From Patescibacteria group bacterium (GTDB taxonomy: Bacteria > Patescibacteriota > Gracilibacteria > UBA4473), in the NCBI GenBank assembly GCA_965660445.1, contig CBFIAK010000001.1:32001-96000 (forward strand): a stretch of 64,000 nucleotides of DNA, in the 5' to 3' direction. The notes under the pieces were generated by a model. It worked only from the letters and a program-made list of their open reading frames with translations, was not told where the DNA came from and made no database searches. This document shows, one piece after another, positions 1-10,324 of the stretch (its first letter is position 1; each line of letters opens with the position of its first letter). The position numbers and the translations under genes were made by a program.

Positions 1-1
1 T

Positions 2-586
2 CAAGATACTCTTATTTTCCTCACGAACACACCACGTATCATAGAATACAAAGGTGGAGTTATCAGCCCAATGAATACACAAGATTCCACTTGGAAACAA
101 GGAATAGATGTTGATGTCTTTGGAAGTCGGTTTATCTATATTCTTGATCCAGTATCAAATCAAATCTGGAAATATGAACGAAGACGTTCTGATTACTCTA
201 ATGCCTCCGCATATAATAAAAGTGGAGACTTATCGAGAGCTGTCAGTATGGCAATTGATGGTCATATATATGTCCTTTCGGATAATGGAAACATTCAAAA
301 ACTCCTACGAGGAGAAAACGAAGCGTATGAGTTTCGAGATCTTCCATCAATTCCATTTACAGGGAATAAGTTAAAACTATTTACGTCTGAATCTCATAGT
401 TTTCTCTATGTGCTTGACCCAGACAATAGTCGAGTATTAGTGTTTCAAAAAGGTGACCGATTTGCAACCTATCGAAAGCAGATATTTTTTGAGACCATTC
501 CTGAAGCTATTGATTTTCACATAAATGAATCAGGTCAAAAAGTGAATATTTTAACGGAAGATAAAATATATGAATTTGATTTGTAA
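2..586 (+). CDS. C-terminal part of a probable beta-propeller (NHL/SBBP-like) protein, 5'-truncated by the window edge
   Basis: Frame is open from position 2; repeated beta-blade motifs (IYILDP, IYVLSDNG, LYVLDPDNSRV). Confidence 0.6.
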   Translation, partial: QDTLIFLTNTPRIIEYKGGVISPMNTQDSTWKQGIDVDVFGSRFIYILDPVSNQIWKYERRRSDYSNASAYNKSGDLSRAVSMAIDGHIYVLSDNGNIQKLLRGENEAYEFRDLPSIPFTGNKLKLFTSESHSFLYVLDPDNSRVLVFQKGDRFATYRKQIFFETIPEAIDFHINESGQKVNILTEDKIYEFDL

Positions 587-589
587 CCT

Positions 590-841
590 ATGACACAAAA
601 AACAACTATTGGAGTGTGCACAGGACCACGATGCACACAAAAACTTTCACATTACACACTCGAAAGAGCCAAAAACGAATGTGTATTTTCAAAAAAAGAA
701 AATGAGATTGCGATTGAAGAATGTGGATGCCAAGGAAACTGCGAAAAAGGTCCAACAATTATTATTCGTCAAGGCGAAAACCGAGAACAAAAAAGTTTTG
801 TTTCCCCTTTAGAAATATCTAAAATCATTAAACGTTTATAA
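590..841 (+). CDS. Thioredoxin-like (2Fe-2S) ferredoxin
   Basis: CTGPRC and CGCQGNCEKGP cysteine motifs; next to an FNR-type reductase. Confidence 0.75.
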   Translation: MTQKTTIGVCTGPRCTQKLSHYTLERAKNECVFSKKENEIAIEECGCQGNCEKGPTIIIRQGENREQKSFVSPLEISKIIKRL

Positions 842-851
842 TTTTCACATT

Positions 852-1580
852 ATGACTATCTACAATGGAACATGTCGCATAGAAGCAATATATGATAAAG
901 CCGATAACACAAAAGAGTTTCATTTATCGTTTCCCTTTTATGCACCACTTGGAAGCCAAGAACAAGCAACCGATACTTTTTCGTTTCAATCAGGTCAATT
1001 TTTATCGCTTGGATTTACAGAAAAACAATGGCGAGCTTATTCCATTGCATCAGCTGAAAAAGAAAAATATGTAATACTCATCATTCGACTTGTTCCTGAT
1101 GGAATTGGGTCTTCTTATTTACGTTCTGCAAAAATAGGTGATACGTTTCCATTCAAAGGTCCATTTGGGCATTTTACACTGTCTAATACTCATAATGCAC
1201 ACCTTGTTTTTTGTGCAACGGGAACTGGAATTGCTCCTTTTCGGTCTATGATTCAAACTGAAAACAAAAAAATAAATCCACGACGCATGACACTGCTTTA
1301 TGGTGGACGAACACAATCTGATATTGCCTACCTAGACGAAATTAATACATGGGCATCAAACCTTGAAGTACATATTGGACTGTCACAAGAAGAAAATCCC
1401 AATCTTTCTTTTGGAGATGTTCGTCAATGTAGAATCACTCAATTTATAGAAGAAATAAGTGATTTCCAAGACAAGGAATTCTATATTTGTGGAAACGGAA
1501 ACATGGTACGGTCTGTAACAGAATTATTACAGGTTCAGGGACTTGAAAAAAATCAAATTCGGACAGAAAGTTTCAATTAA
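852..1580 (+). CDS. Ferredoxin-NADP reductase family FAD/NAD(P)-binding oxidoreductase
   Basis: RAYSIAS, GxGS, GPFGHF, ATGTGIAP and YICG motifs. Confidence 0.85.
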   Translation: MTIYNGTCRIEAIYDKADNTKEFHLSFPFYAPLGSQEQATDTFSFQSGQFLSLGFTEKQWRAYSIASAEKEKYVILIIRLVPDGIGSSYLRSAKIGDTFPFKGPFGHFTLSNTHNAHLVFCATGTGIAPFRSMIQTENKKINPRRMTLLYGGRTQSDIAYLDEINTWASNLEVHIGLSQEENPNLSFGDVRQCRITQFIEEISDFQDKEFYICGNGNMVRSVTELLQVQGLEKNQIRTESFN

Positions 1581-1584
1581 GATT

Positions 1585-2346
1585 CTACTGTTGTTTCTTG
1601 ATGATTCTATATCCCCAAAAACTCAACCCCATAACAATCAAAGAAAACCACTGACCAGCATTGAGAGACAAAAACACCCACCCCACAGGTTTCCAAAACT
1701 CAATAATAAATCGAAGGACCCCATATCCCCCAAGAAAAACAGCGGTTAGTATCCCTTGGGTATTATTTTTCTGTTTCCATACAAACAATAAGACACTCAT
1801 CAAGATCAGGTTTTTTAATGACTCATAAATTTGTGTTGGATGTCTTAATTGGTCATCAATATGAGGAAAAATAACACCCCATGAAGCCTCAGTGGGTTTT
1901 CCTACTAGTTCTCCATTCACAAAGTTTGCAAACCGACCAAAAACAAGTACACAGGCTAAAGGAATAGCAAGTGAATCGGTCACACGAAAAAACGAACTCC
2001 AATCCTTCTTCAATCGAATCCAGAGAAAGAAAAGAGCCGAAAAAAGTCCTCCATGAAAAGACATTCCCCCCTTCCAAATAAAAAATACTTCTTGAGGGGC
2101 AGTAAGAAATATTTCTGGACGATACAAAAGAAGTTCCCCAACTCGACCACCAAGCACACCCCATAAGAAAACACCAAATAATAACGATTCAAAATCAGAA
2201 GATGTCAATTGTGTTTTGCCAAATGATTTATATATATTCCATCCCCAAAGAGAACAGAGGAAAAAACCACCCACATAAACCAATCCATACCACCGAATAG
2301 GAAACCCAAAAAGAAAGAATGCAACCGGATCAAAATTCCAAATCAT
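1585..2346 (-). CDS. lgt: Prolipoprotein diacylglyceryl transferase
   Basis: IRWYGL, GGMSFHGG, GRFANFVNGE and RHPTQIYE motifs; start placed at ATG 2346 (ATGA overlap with the upstream stop). Confidence 0.93.
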   Translation of the reverse strand: MIWNFDPVAFFLFGFPIRWYGLVYVGGFFLCSLWGWNIYKSFGKTQLTSSDFESLLFGVFLWGVLGGRVGELLLYRPEIFLTAPQEVFFIWKGGMSFHGGLFSALFFLWIRLKKDWSSFFRVTDSLAIPLACVLVFGRFANFVNGELVGKPTEASWGVIFPHIDDQLRHPTQIYESLKNLILMSVLLFVWKQKNNTQGILTAVFLGGYGVLRFIIEFWKPVGWVFLSLNAGQWFSLIVMGLSFWGYRIIKKQQ

Positions 2347-3002
2347 GAGATAAATAGTTCCAAAGGACGCAATCCCACTATGCGAAAAAACGGTCTTAAA
2401 AATGGCTTTTTGAAATAGGTATTCCATCGAAAAGCTTCTTGATTATAAAATTGTTGGAGCGTATATAGTTTTTCATCAAGAAATGTAAAATCATCAAGTA
2501 AATGATGAATAAGTTCTTTTTGGGAAGCGTTACTGTTTTTTTCTGCACGAGTAAAGAAATCCATCACAATACGAGACACATCTTGTTCTATTATGATCCG
2601 TTTCTCAGGATGACGAGAAAACGAATGATTTTGAACCAAAAGACGTATATCTAAAAGGGTGTTTCTGTCGGCATGAGATAGGATATTGTTTCGTACAGAA
2701 ACAGTATACAATAACGGCAAAATCATGTGTCGTTTTGCTAAAAAAAACAAAATCAAACTCCATATTTTTAAAATGCGTTTTTGTTCTCTATACAGAATTC
2801 CGTAACCAATAAACACACATAAAATTCCAACCCCTCCCAAAAAAAGCAATATCGCATACTCATTCAAAAATGAATCAATCGATTGAAGCACTTCTCTTAA
2901 TAAAGCCTGTGAATCATCAGAAAGCTGAGCTGAAACGGAACGATACAATCGTTCATCCCAACTTAATTCAACACCAGAAGGTAAAGGCGTTCTAGAAATC
3001 AT
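2343..3002 (-). CDS. Hypothetical membrane-anchored helical protein, weakly LemA-like
   Basis: One TM segment followed by LAKRHMILPLL and a QQFYNQEAFRWN tail resembling LemA; start uncertain. Confidence 0.45.
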   Translation of the reverse strand: MISRTPLPSGVELSWDERLYRSVSAQLSDDSQALLREVLQSIDSFLNEYAILLFLGGVGILCVFIGYGILYREQKRILKIWSLILFFLAKRHMILPLLYTVSVRNNILSHADRNTLLDIRLLVQNHSFSRHPEKRIIIEQDVSRIVMDFFTRAEKNSNASQKELIHHLLDDFTFLDEKLYTLQQFYNQEAFRWNTYFKKPFLRPFFRIVGLRPLELFIS

Positions 3003-3147
3003 AAGCACCTAAAAAATCAAAAGAAGTACGAAACCCAAACGAACCAAAAACTGATTCTAATTCTTGATGAAGCTGATCTTTTTCATTTTCATAAAAAGTT
3101 GAAGATGTTGGAATACGATTGAAGAGAGGCATATGTTTTCTTTTCAT
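2992..3147 (-). CDS. Possible 51-aa ORF (MKRKHMPLFNRIP...GAYDF)
   Basis: Manual translation, ATG 3147 to TAG 2992; overlaps the start of the next gene. Confidence 0.3.
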   Translation of the reverse strand: MKRKHMPLFNRIPTSSTFYENEKDQLHQELESVFGSFGFRTSFDFLGAYDF

Positions 3148-3170
3148 GGCAATTGGTTTACAGTGAGTAT

Positions 3171-4268
3171 ATGATATCTACAGAAAAAAACAAATGCCCC
3201 CTTGCTCTCTACGCACAGACAAATAGAACACAAGGGAGACAGCATCCCGAAGCAGAAGATCCACAAAGAAATCCGTTTCAAAGAGATCGGAATCGTATTA
3301 TTCACACGACTGCTTTTCGGCGTCTACAAGGAAAAACACAGGTCGTTTCTCCTGATTACGGTGATCATTTTCGAAACCGACTCACGCATACCATTGAAGT
3401 ATCTCTTACTTCTCGTGATATTGCACGACAACTGAATGTGAACGAAGACCTATGTGAATCTATAGCTCTTGCTCATGATTTAGGCCATCCACCGTTTGGA
3501 CATGCAGGAGAAGATGCACTCCACAAGAAAATGAAATCAGTGGGACTTACGTTTGATCATAACAAACAAAGTTTGAGAATGGTTGATATATTTGAGTCTC
3601 GATATTTTGGGTTTCGAGGTATTAATCTTACAAAAGAAGTAAGAGAAGGTATCGAAAAACACGAAAATATATTCTTCACAAAAACCAATGAACGAATCTA
3701 TTTTCCACATATAGAATCACAAGTAGTTGATATAGCCGATGAAATAACATATCTCTGCTCTGATATAGAAGATGGACTTTTGGGAAACTTTTTTAGTGTT
3801 TCAGATCTCCTGACACTCCCTTTGATGAAAAATATTATAAACGATCTCCCTGTCACACAAAGGGAACATCGATCGTCTATTATTCGAAATACAATGCGCA
3901 TCTTGCTTCAATACCTTATCGAAGGAACATTGTCTCATATTAAAACCCACAATATTCGCACACAAACCGATGTCCAAAAACATCCACACCACATTGTGCA
4001 GTTTCAAGACTCTATTCGTACAGAATTTTTACACATAAAACAGTTTCTGTATCAGCAATATTATACTCATCCCGATATTGAAGGAAGAAACCAATCTGGA
4101 ATTGAAAAACTCAATGCAATTTTTGATTTTCTTGTACGCAATCCTTCATCAATACCACACAATTTTATACACGAAGAAAAAAATGATTATATCCGTATTG
4201 GAGACTATATTGCGGGTATGACTGATCGTTTTGCCCTTCAATTTTATACACAAAACATTGCACAGTAA
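3171..4268 (+). CDS. dgt: dNTP triphosphohydrolase (HD superfamily)
   Basis: FQRDRNRI, FRRLQGKTQV, RLTHT, HDLGHPPFGHAGE and DYIAGMTDRFA motifs. Confidence 0.92.
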   Translation: MISTEKNKCPLALYAQTNRTQGRQHPEAEDPQRNPFQRDRNRIIHTTAFRRLQGKTQVVSPDYGDHFRNRLTHTIEVSLTSRDIARQLNVNEDLCESIALAHDLGHPPFGHAGEDALHKKMKSVGLTFDHNKQSLRMVDIFESRYFGFRGINLTKEVREGIEKHENIFFTKTNERIYFPHIESQVVDIADEITYLCSDIEDGLLGNFFSVSDLLTLPLMKNIINDLPVTQREHRSSIIRNTMRILLQYLIEGTLSHIKTHNIRTQTDVQKHPHHIVQFQDSIRTEFLHIKQFLYQQYYTHPDIEGRNQSGIEKLNAIFDFLVRNPSSIPHNFIHEEKNDYIRIGDYIAGMTDRFALQFYTQNIAQ

Positions 4269-4308
4269 CGCTGTACTTTTCTTATCTCTATTCATATAAT
4301 ACAAACTG

Positions 4309-4950
4309 ATGAAAATATCTGTTTCAATTCTGGATGCAAACTTTCAAACCCTCCAACAGGAAATAGACTCATTGCATACAGCAGACTCTCTTCACTTAGA
4401 TATTATGGATGGACATTATGTACCGAATCTAAGTTTTGGAACGCATATCCTCCAATCATTGACATTTCCGATTCCAACCCAAACACATCTCATGGTACAA
4501 AACCCAGAAGATTTCTTTGACGGATGCAGAAAAATCAACACAGAATCTATTTCTTTTCATATTGAAGCCACGGGACATCACAAAGCACTTCTACTCTTAA
4601 AATACTTAAAAAGACACAACCAAAAAGCAGGGCTTGCTCTTGATCTCTACACAAACCCAGAATGGATTACTCCTCAACTTTTTCCATTTATCGATACATT
4701 GACTCTTTTGTCTGTTAAGTCTGGTTACGGAGGACAAACGTTTCAAAATTCTGTTTTTGAAAAAATAGCATTTTTCCGAAAAAAAGGTTTTCATGGACTC
4801 ATAGAAGTAGATGGAGGTGTTACACAAGAGAATATATCATCTATAGCACATGCTGGAGCTGATCAAGTAGTGATTGGAAGTGCTCTTACAAAAATCAATC
4901 CCGAAGAGAGAGATCCTATGATTCAATTCTTGAGAGAGCGAAGTCTGTAG
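4309..4950 (+). CDS. rpe: Ribulose-phosphate 3-epimerase
   Basis: HLDIMDGHYVPN, HLMV, GYGGQ and EVDGG motifs. Confidence 0.92.
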   Translation: MKISVSILDANFQTLQQEIDSLHTADSLHLDIMDGHYVPNLSFGTHILQSLTFPIPTQTHLMVQNPEDFFDGCRKINTESISFHIEATGHHKALLLLKYLKRHNQKAGLALDLYTNPEWITPQLFPFIDTLTLLSVKSGYGGQTFQNSVFEKIAFFRKKGFHGLIEVDGGVTQENISSIAHAGADQVVIGSALTKINPEERDPMIQFLRERSL

Positions 4951-5017
4951 TCCTTCCTATTTTCCTTGACTTCAAAGACAGAAAAAGATACAAATAAACA
5001 CGAAAATCACTTTTTCT

Positions 5018-5467
5018 ATGGAAACTATTATTCAAAAAGCCCTCAAACTTCTTCTTGATAAATACGGAGCTTCTTATGATTGCGTGCGAGTAGAGGAGGA
5101 AAACGATCATTACTACGCTCTTATTGAAACAGAAGATCCATCACGACTTATTGGACGAAATGGAGCAACTATAAATGCACTGCAAACGATCCTCAAAAAC
5201 ATTTTGTGGACTCAAAACGAAAAAAAAGTATTCTTAACACTTGATGTTGATGGATATCGACAATCTCAGTATGAAAAAACGTATGATAAGATACGAAAAT
5301 CTATTGAAATGATGAAAGACCGAAACTTATCTGAATTAACACTCTATCCTATGAAACCATCGTTAAGACGTTTGGTTCATTTATGGATAGCAAAAAACTA
5401 CCCAGAGCTGTCAACAAACTCTGTAGGAGAAGGAACACAACGAACCATTCATGTGTTTTACAAATAA
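5018..5467 (+). CDS. Jag/KhpB-like RNA-binding protein (KH + R3H)
   Basis: LIGRNGATINALQ (KH) and RRLVH...SVGEG (R3H). Confidence 0.85.
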   Translation: METIIQKALKLLLDKYGASYDCVRVEEENDHYYALIETEDPSRLIGRNGATINALQTILKNILWTQNEKKVFLTLDVDGYRQSQYEKTYDKIRKSIEMMKDRNLSELTLYPMKPSLRRLVHLWIAKNYPELSTNSVGEGTQRTIHVFYK

Positions 5468-5535
5468 TACACTGAAAAAGATTGAACTCTCTCAAAATAA
5501 GAATACAATGACGTGTGTATTTTTCACTTATATGC

Positions 5536-7329
5536 ATGAAATATAGTGCTGACGAACTTCGAAAACAATGGTTTATATTTTGGGAATCAAAACATCATAA
5601 AATTATTCCATCAGCGAGTGTATTACCTGACAATGATCCAACGGCTTTGTTTCATAATGCTGGAATGCACCCACTTGTTCCATTCCTCATGGGACAAAAA
5701 CATCCAGAAGGAGTTCGACTCGCCAACGTACAAAAATGCATACGAACAGGTGACATTGATGAAGTGGGAGACGCAACACATCTGACATTTTTTGAGATGC
5801 TTGGAAACTGGTCTCTTGGAGATTATTTTAAGAAAGAGCAAATCGAATGGTCGTTTGAATTTTTAACCGATGTTCTCCAGCTCCCGCTCGAAAAATTAGC
5901 AGTATCAGTTTTTGCAGGCACTGAACATATTCCCCGAGATACTGAAAGTGCAAGATACTGGAAAGAATGCGGTATCATGCAAGAACGTATTGCGTATTTA
6001 GGTATGAAAGATAACTGGTGGGCAAAAGGAGATATTGGACCCTGCGGACCTGATACAGAAATGTTTTACTGGACTGGTGACACCCCTGCTCCTCTTCATT
6101 TTCAAGACACGCATGATGATCCTCGTTGGGTTGAAATTTGGAACGATGTTTTCATGCAGTTTCATAAAGATCAAAGCGGAATACTTCACCCTCTTCCACA
6201 AAAGAATATTGATACTGGTATGGGGCTTGAACGAGCTATAACCGTACTCAATGGATATCAATCTGTGTATCAAACTGAAATATTTACAGATATTTTGTCT
6301 CGAATATCAGATATTGCCAAAAAACCAGAAATCAAAGAAAACCCTATTGCACAAACTTCTACTGGACATTCTGCTCGTATCATCGCCGATCATATTCGAT
6401 CATCAAGCATTCTTATTGCTGATGGTATTTTTCCATCAAATGTTGATCAAGGATATATTTTAAGAAGACTCATTCGACGAGCTGTTCGACACGGTCGAAA
6501 GATTGGAATTCATGAAAATTTTTGTGCACGTGTTGCCGAACAAGTCATAGAAAACTTAATGCATACCTATACCGAACTTCATAGAGAAAAAAAGTCTATC
6601 CTTCATGCATTAGAACAAGAAGAAAACTTATTTCGAACAACACTTGAAAAAGGTGAAAAAGAGTTCGAAAAACTCATGATAAAACACGACGGACGTATTG
6701 ACGGAAAAATGGCTTTTTATATCTATGAAACATATGGATTCCCTTTTGAAATGACACAAGAGCTTGCACAAGAACACAACATTCAGATTGAAAAATCTGA
6801 GTTTGATATATGTATGAAAGAGCACCAAGAAAAATCAAAATCAAACGCTGAAAAGAAATTTAAAGGAGGACTTGGAGACCACTCAGAAGAAACAACAAAA
6901 TTACATACGGCTACTCATTTAATGCATACCGCATTACGAAAAGTACTCGGTGATCATGTTGAACAGAAAGGATCAAACATAACTCCTGAGCGGTTACGAT
7001 TTGATTTTTCTCATTCTGAAAAAATGACTCCCGAACAAATAAAAGCTGTAGAAGAACTGGTAAATACTGCTATTGATTCAGATGAAGAAGTTCATTGTGC
7101 AGAAATGACACTCGAAGAAGCACAAAAACAAAACGCCATTGGGCTCTTCCAAGACCGATATGCAGACCGAGTGAGCGTCTATACTATGGGTGAGTTTTCA
7201 AAAGAAATATGCGGAGGCCCACATGTCAAACGACTCGGAGAACTGGGACATTTTCAGATCACAAAAGAACAAAGTGCCGCACAAGGCATTAGACGAATTA
7301 AAGCGGTTCTGACCCCTCAGTCGAAATAA
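5536..7329 (+). CDS. alaS: Alanine--tRNA ligase, short form without the C-Ala domain
   Basis: FFEMLGNWS, EIWNDVFMQ, IDTGMGLER, HTATH and CGGPHV motifs. Confidence 0.96.
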   Translation: MKYSADELRKQWFIFWESKHHKIIPSASVLPDNDPTALFHNAGMHPLVPFLMGQKHPEGVRLANVQKCIRTGDIDEVGDATHLTFFEMLGNWSLGDYFKKEQIEWSFEFLTDVLQLPLEKLAVSVFAGTEHIPRDTESARYWKECGIMQERIAYLGMKDNWWAKGDIGPCGPDTEMFYWTGDTPAPLHFQDTHDDPRWVEIWNDVFMQFHKDQSGILHPLPQKNIDTGMGLERAITVLNGYQSVYQTEIFTDILSRISDIAKKPEIKENPIAQTSTGHSARIIADHIRSSSILIADGIFPSNVDQGYILRRLIRRAVRHGRKIGIHENFCARVAEQVIENLMHTYTELHREKKSILHALEQEENLFRTTLEKGEKEFEKLMIKHDGRIDGKMAFYIYETYGFPFEMTQELAQEHNIQIEKSEFDICMKEHQEKSKSNAEKKFKGGLGDHSEETTKLHTATHLMHTALRKVLGDHVEQKGSNITPERLRFDFSHSEKMTPEQIKAVEELVNTAIDSDEEVHCAEMTLEEAQKQNAIGLFQDRYADRVSVYTMGEFSKEICGGPHVKRLGELGHFQITKEQSAAQGIRRIKAVLTPQSK

Positions 7330-7375
7330 AGAGATTCAATCTTTTGAATGAACATTTTTCAAAGAAAAACGAGTT

Positions 7376-8071
7376 TTAATAGAGTATTTCACCCACTAAT
7401 GATTGGACTATTTGTTGTGTTTTTTGTAGTTCTTTTTGATGAGACAACCGATCATGTTCCATCTTTATTTTTTTCATATACAAAGGTCCATTCATCAGAC
7501 TAACCCATATATTAGCCAAACAATCAAGTTGTATATCATGCCCTTCATGATGCATTGTGATACGAAAATTATCAGTCATGAATCCAATGTGAGTGAGAGT
7601 TGTATAAAGATACGTAAGACAATCCTCAGAAATTCCCATTGTATAATCTTTAAAGAATTCACTTCGTCCTGACATTTGCGTTGCAAATAGAAGGAATCGT
7701 TTTAATTCTGAAAAACTTTGAAAAAATGGATATAACTGATCCATATCAAATAATGGTTCAAAATGATCAAGCACATCACTCAGAAAACGAGTACGAAACA
7801 CAGCGTTGCTCGCAATAAAGGGTGATTCCGAAATAAATCCTTGGTCTACAAACATTTGGACATCATCTTTATATTCAGGAACAAGTGTCTCTAAAAATTC
7901 CTGGTTTACAATAGGACATGTACTTTTGGGTGTATCACTTCCAGTCAACGTTGTTGCATCTGTATAGAGATGCAATATCATCTTATCGAATTCTTCTTTG
8001 GTTGATTCCAAGAAAGTATCTAATTTTTGATTATCACATTCGACATGGTGTGTGTGGGGGCAAATTTTCAT
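7376..8071 (-). CDS. Hypothetical protein
   Basis: 231-aa ORF filling the gap between alaS and holB; no recognised motif. Confidence 0.6.
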   Translation of the reverse strand: MKICPHTHHVECDNQKLDTFLESTKEEFDKMILHLYTDATTLTGSDTPKSTCPIVNQEFLETLVPEYKDDVQMFVDQGFISESPFIASNAVFRTRFLSDVLDHFEPLFDMDQLYPFFQSFSELKRFLLFATQMSGRSEFFKDYTMGISEDCLTYLYTTLTHIGFMTDNFRITMHHEGHDIQLDCLANIWVSLMNGPLYMKKIKMEHDRLSHQKELQKTQQIVQSLVGEILY

Positions 8072-8108
8072 ACGTTTACAAAAAAAAAAGTTCTCGTATA
8101 CTTTTTAT

Positions 8109-8891
8109 ATGGTACCACATAGTATACAACAAAGAATAGAAAAAAACAATATTCCTCAACGCATATTACTCTCCGGTTCAGGGGACAATAAATCAATTGG
8201 TATCGCTATTGCATCCCTCTTACAAGACACTCCTCCTGACAGAATAGAACGAGGACTTCACCCTGATACACTTGTATTTCCGGATACTGGAAAAAGTTTT
8301 AAAATCGATTGGTCTGATGCTGCAAAAAAAGATAACCAAGACGAACACGAAAATGTACGAGGTCTTATTCGATGGGCTCATCAGAAACCAGCGCTGGGAA
8401 GATACCGAGTCGTTGTTTTTGAAAACTTAGAACGACTCACCGATGTTGCTCCTCATGCCTGTTTAAAACTGATTGAAGAACCACCTCAAAAAACAGTATT
8501 TATTTTTACCACACAAAACCATCATCATCGAAAACTGCTGGATACGATTATTTCTCGACTGACATTGTTTCGCATTTCTCATGGAAATACATTTGCTCTA
8601 CAGTATGAAGATGAAATAAATACGTTTCTCAATCACACCTCACTTATTCATAAGTTTAAACTTATAGAATCCCTTGATAAAGATTCTAAATCAAAATCTG
8701 ACCGCATTGATCGAAGTGAAATAAAAACTTTTCTCACAGACGTAATGCACATACTTCGTGATAAACAAACACATCACACATCACTTGAAGATGTTTTTGA
8801 AGCCTATGAAGCCATAGAAAAAAATATACATCCTCGTTTAGTTTTGGAGCGACTCGCATTACGAATGCATTTGCGCCATAAAGGATTGTAG
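8109..8891 (+). CDS. holB: DNA polymerase III delta' subunit-like protein
   Basis: HPD, ACLKLIEEPP and LLDTIISR motifs. Confidence 0.8.
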   Translation: MVPHSIQQRIEKNNIPQRILLSGSGDNKSIGIAIASLLQDTPPDRIERGLHPDTLVFPDTGKSFKIDWSDAAKKDNQDEHENVRGLIRWAHQKPALGRYRVVVFENLERLTDVAPHACLKLIEEPPQKTVFIFTTQNHHHRKLLDTIISRLTLFRISHGNTFALQYEDEINTFLNHTSLIHKFKLIESLDKDSKSKSDRIDRSEIKTFLTDVMHILRDKQTHHTSLEDVFEAYEAIEKNIHPRLVLERLALRMHLRHKGL

Positions 8892-9905
8892 GTCAAAACG
8901 AGGGTTGGCATCAACAAATGAAACATTCTGATTGTTTTCTTTTTTCTGCGCCCATAGGTATCCAGCTGATGCAATCATAGCGGCATTATCAGTGGAATAC
9001 AAAAATTTATGAGGCATAAAAAACTGAATACCTCTTTCTTTACACCACTGCTGAAAAACTGATCGAATATAAGTATTCGCCGATACTCCACCCACAAAGT
9101 GTAATGCTTTTGTATCTGGAAATTGCTGAAACGATCGATCGAGTTTTTTGAGAAACGTCTGAGCAACACACGACTGAAAGCTCGCACAAACATCGGCTTT
9201 GAATTGTTCTGAAAAAGGTGTTGTTTCTGATTCAAGCAGTCTATATACAGCTGCTTTTAACCCCGAGAAAGAAAAATTTAAAGACTCTTTCTCTAAAAGA
9301 ATAATTGGAAAGGAGAAAGCGTTTGGGTCACCTTTTTCTGCATACTGACTCACAATGGGACCTCCTGGATAAGAAAGTCCGAGCATTTTCGCACATTTAT
9401 CAAACGCCTCCCCTGCTGCATCATCGAGAGTATATCCAATACATTCTACCTTATGCCAATGAGAAACTCTATACAGATGTGTATGCCCTCCGGACACAGT
9501 CAGTGTTAAACTGGGAAACTCAAAATCATCAAACGATCGATCAAGAAGGGGGGAAACAATATGTCCGTATACATGGTGAATCGGAATAATTGGTTTTTGT
9601 AATAACAGTGACAAAAAACTACCAACAGTAGTTCCGGTGAGAAGTGATGTTTGAAGCCCTGGACCGACTGTTACTGCTATAGCATCAATATCGTGCATAC
9701 GCATTTGTGAAACACTCAGTAGTTCTTCAAAAAGAGGGATAATGTGCAATTCATGAAGTCGCGCCGCCAGCTCTGGCACCACTCCCCCATAGTGAGCATG
9801 ATTCGTTATTTGAGAATGGGTAACATGCGCACACACATGTGTTGCGTTTTGCACAATACTCAAGGCTGTGTCATCACACGACGATTCGATACCAAGAATG
9901 TTCAT
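8859..9905 (-). CDS. tsaD: tRNA threonylcarbamoyladenosine synthesis protein
   Basis: GIESSCDDT, GGVVPELAAR, VSGGHT, DDAAGEAFDK and TDNAAMIA motifs. Confidence 0.96.
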   Translation of the reverse strand: MNILGIESSCDDTALSIVQNATHVCAHVTHSQITNHAHYGGVVPELAARLHELHIIPLFEELLSVSQMRMHDIDAIAVTVGPGLQTSLLTGTTVGSFLSLLLQKPIIPIHHVYGHIVSPLLDRSFDDFEFPSLTLTVSGGHTHLYRVSHWHKVECIGYTLDDAAGEAFDKCAKMLGLSYPGGPIVSQYAEKGDPNAFSFPIILLEKESLNFSFSGLKAAVYRLLESETTPFSEQFKADVCASFQSCVAQTFLKKLDRSFQQFPDTKALHFVGGVSANTYIRSVFQQWCKERGIQFFMPHKFLYSTDNAAMIASAGYLWAQKKENNQNVSFVDANPRFDLQSFMAQMHS

Positions 9906-9911
9906 AAAAAA

Positions 9912-10319
9912 TTATCGATATTGTTCAGCATAATAATATCGGTTCAAAGGGATATCTTTTGAAACCGATAACCAACGAATAAGTCGTTTTTTTCCTGACA
10001 TATCAGAATGTCCATGAAAATTATATCGTGTTCGATATGGGGTCTGAAAAGGAAGGACTTCTTTTTTTGCTGGAATATCTGGCATTTGAATACGAGTTTC
10101 ATTGCTGTGAAGAGCATATGCTGCTCGAATACGATTTTTGGGATTCAGTGAATACCAAGGTACCAGACCATCAAATTGGTATTCTTTCACCAAAGGGGTG
10201 TCAGCAACTGATTGAAGTGATGATTGTCCAAACACCGAATGAGCCCCAAAAAAAAGGAAAAAAGGAGCGACAATTGTCACTCCTAAAATTTGAAGAATGA
10301 GTCGTTGTATACCAATCAT
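9912..10319 (-). CDS. Hypothetical exported protein
   Basis: N-terminal hydrophobic signal-like segment; tightly packed between fusA and tsaD. Confidence 0.55.
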   Translation of the reverse strand: MIGIQRLILQILGVTIVAPFFLFFGAHSVFGQSSLQSVADTPLVKEYQFDGLVPWYSLNPKNRIRAAYALHSNETRIQMPDIPAKKEVLPFQTPYRTRYNFHGHSDMSGKKRLIRWLSVSKDIPLNRYYYAEQYR

Positions 10320-10324
10320 ACCTT

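Noticed and set aside
5536-7329. alaS as a truncated pseudogene
   Set aside because: Aminoacylation and editing domains are complete; AlaRS lacking C-Ala is known in reduced genomes.
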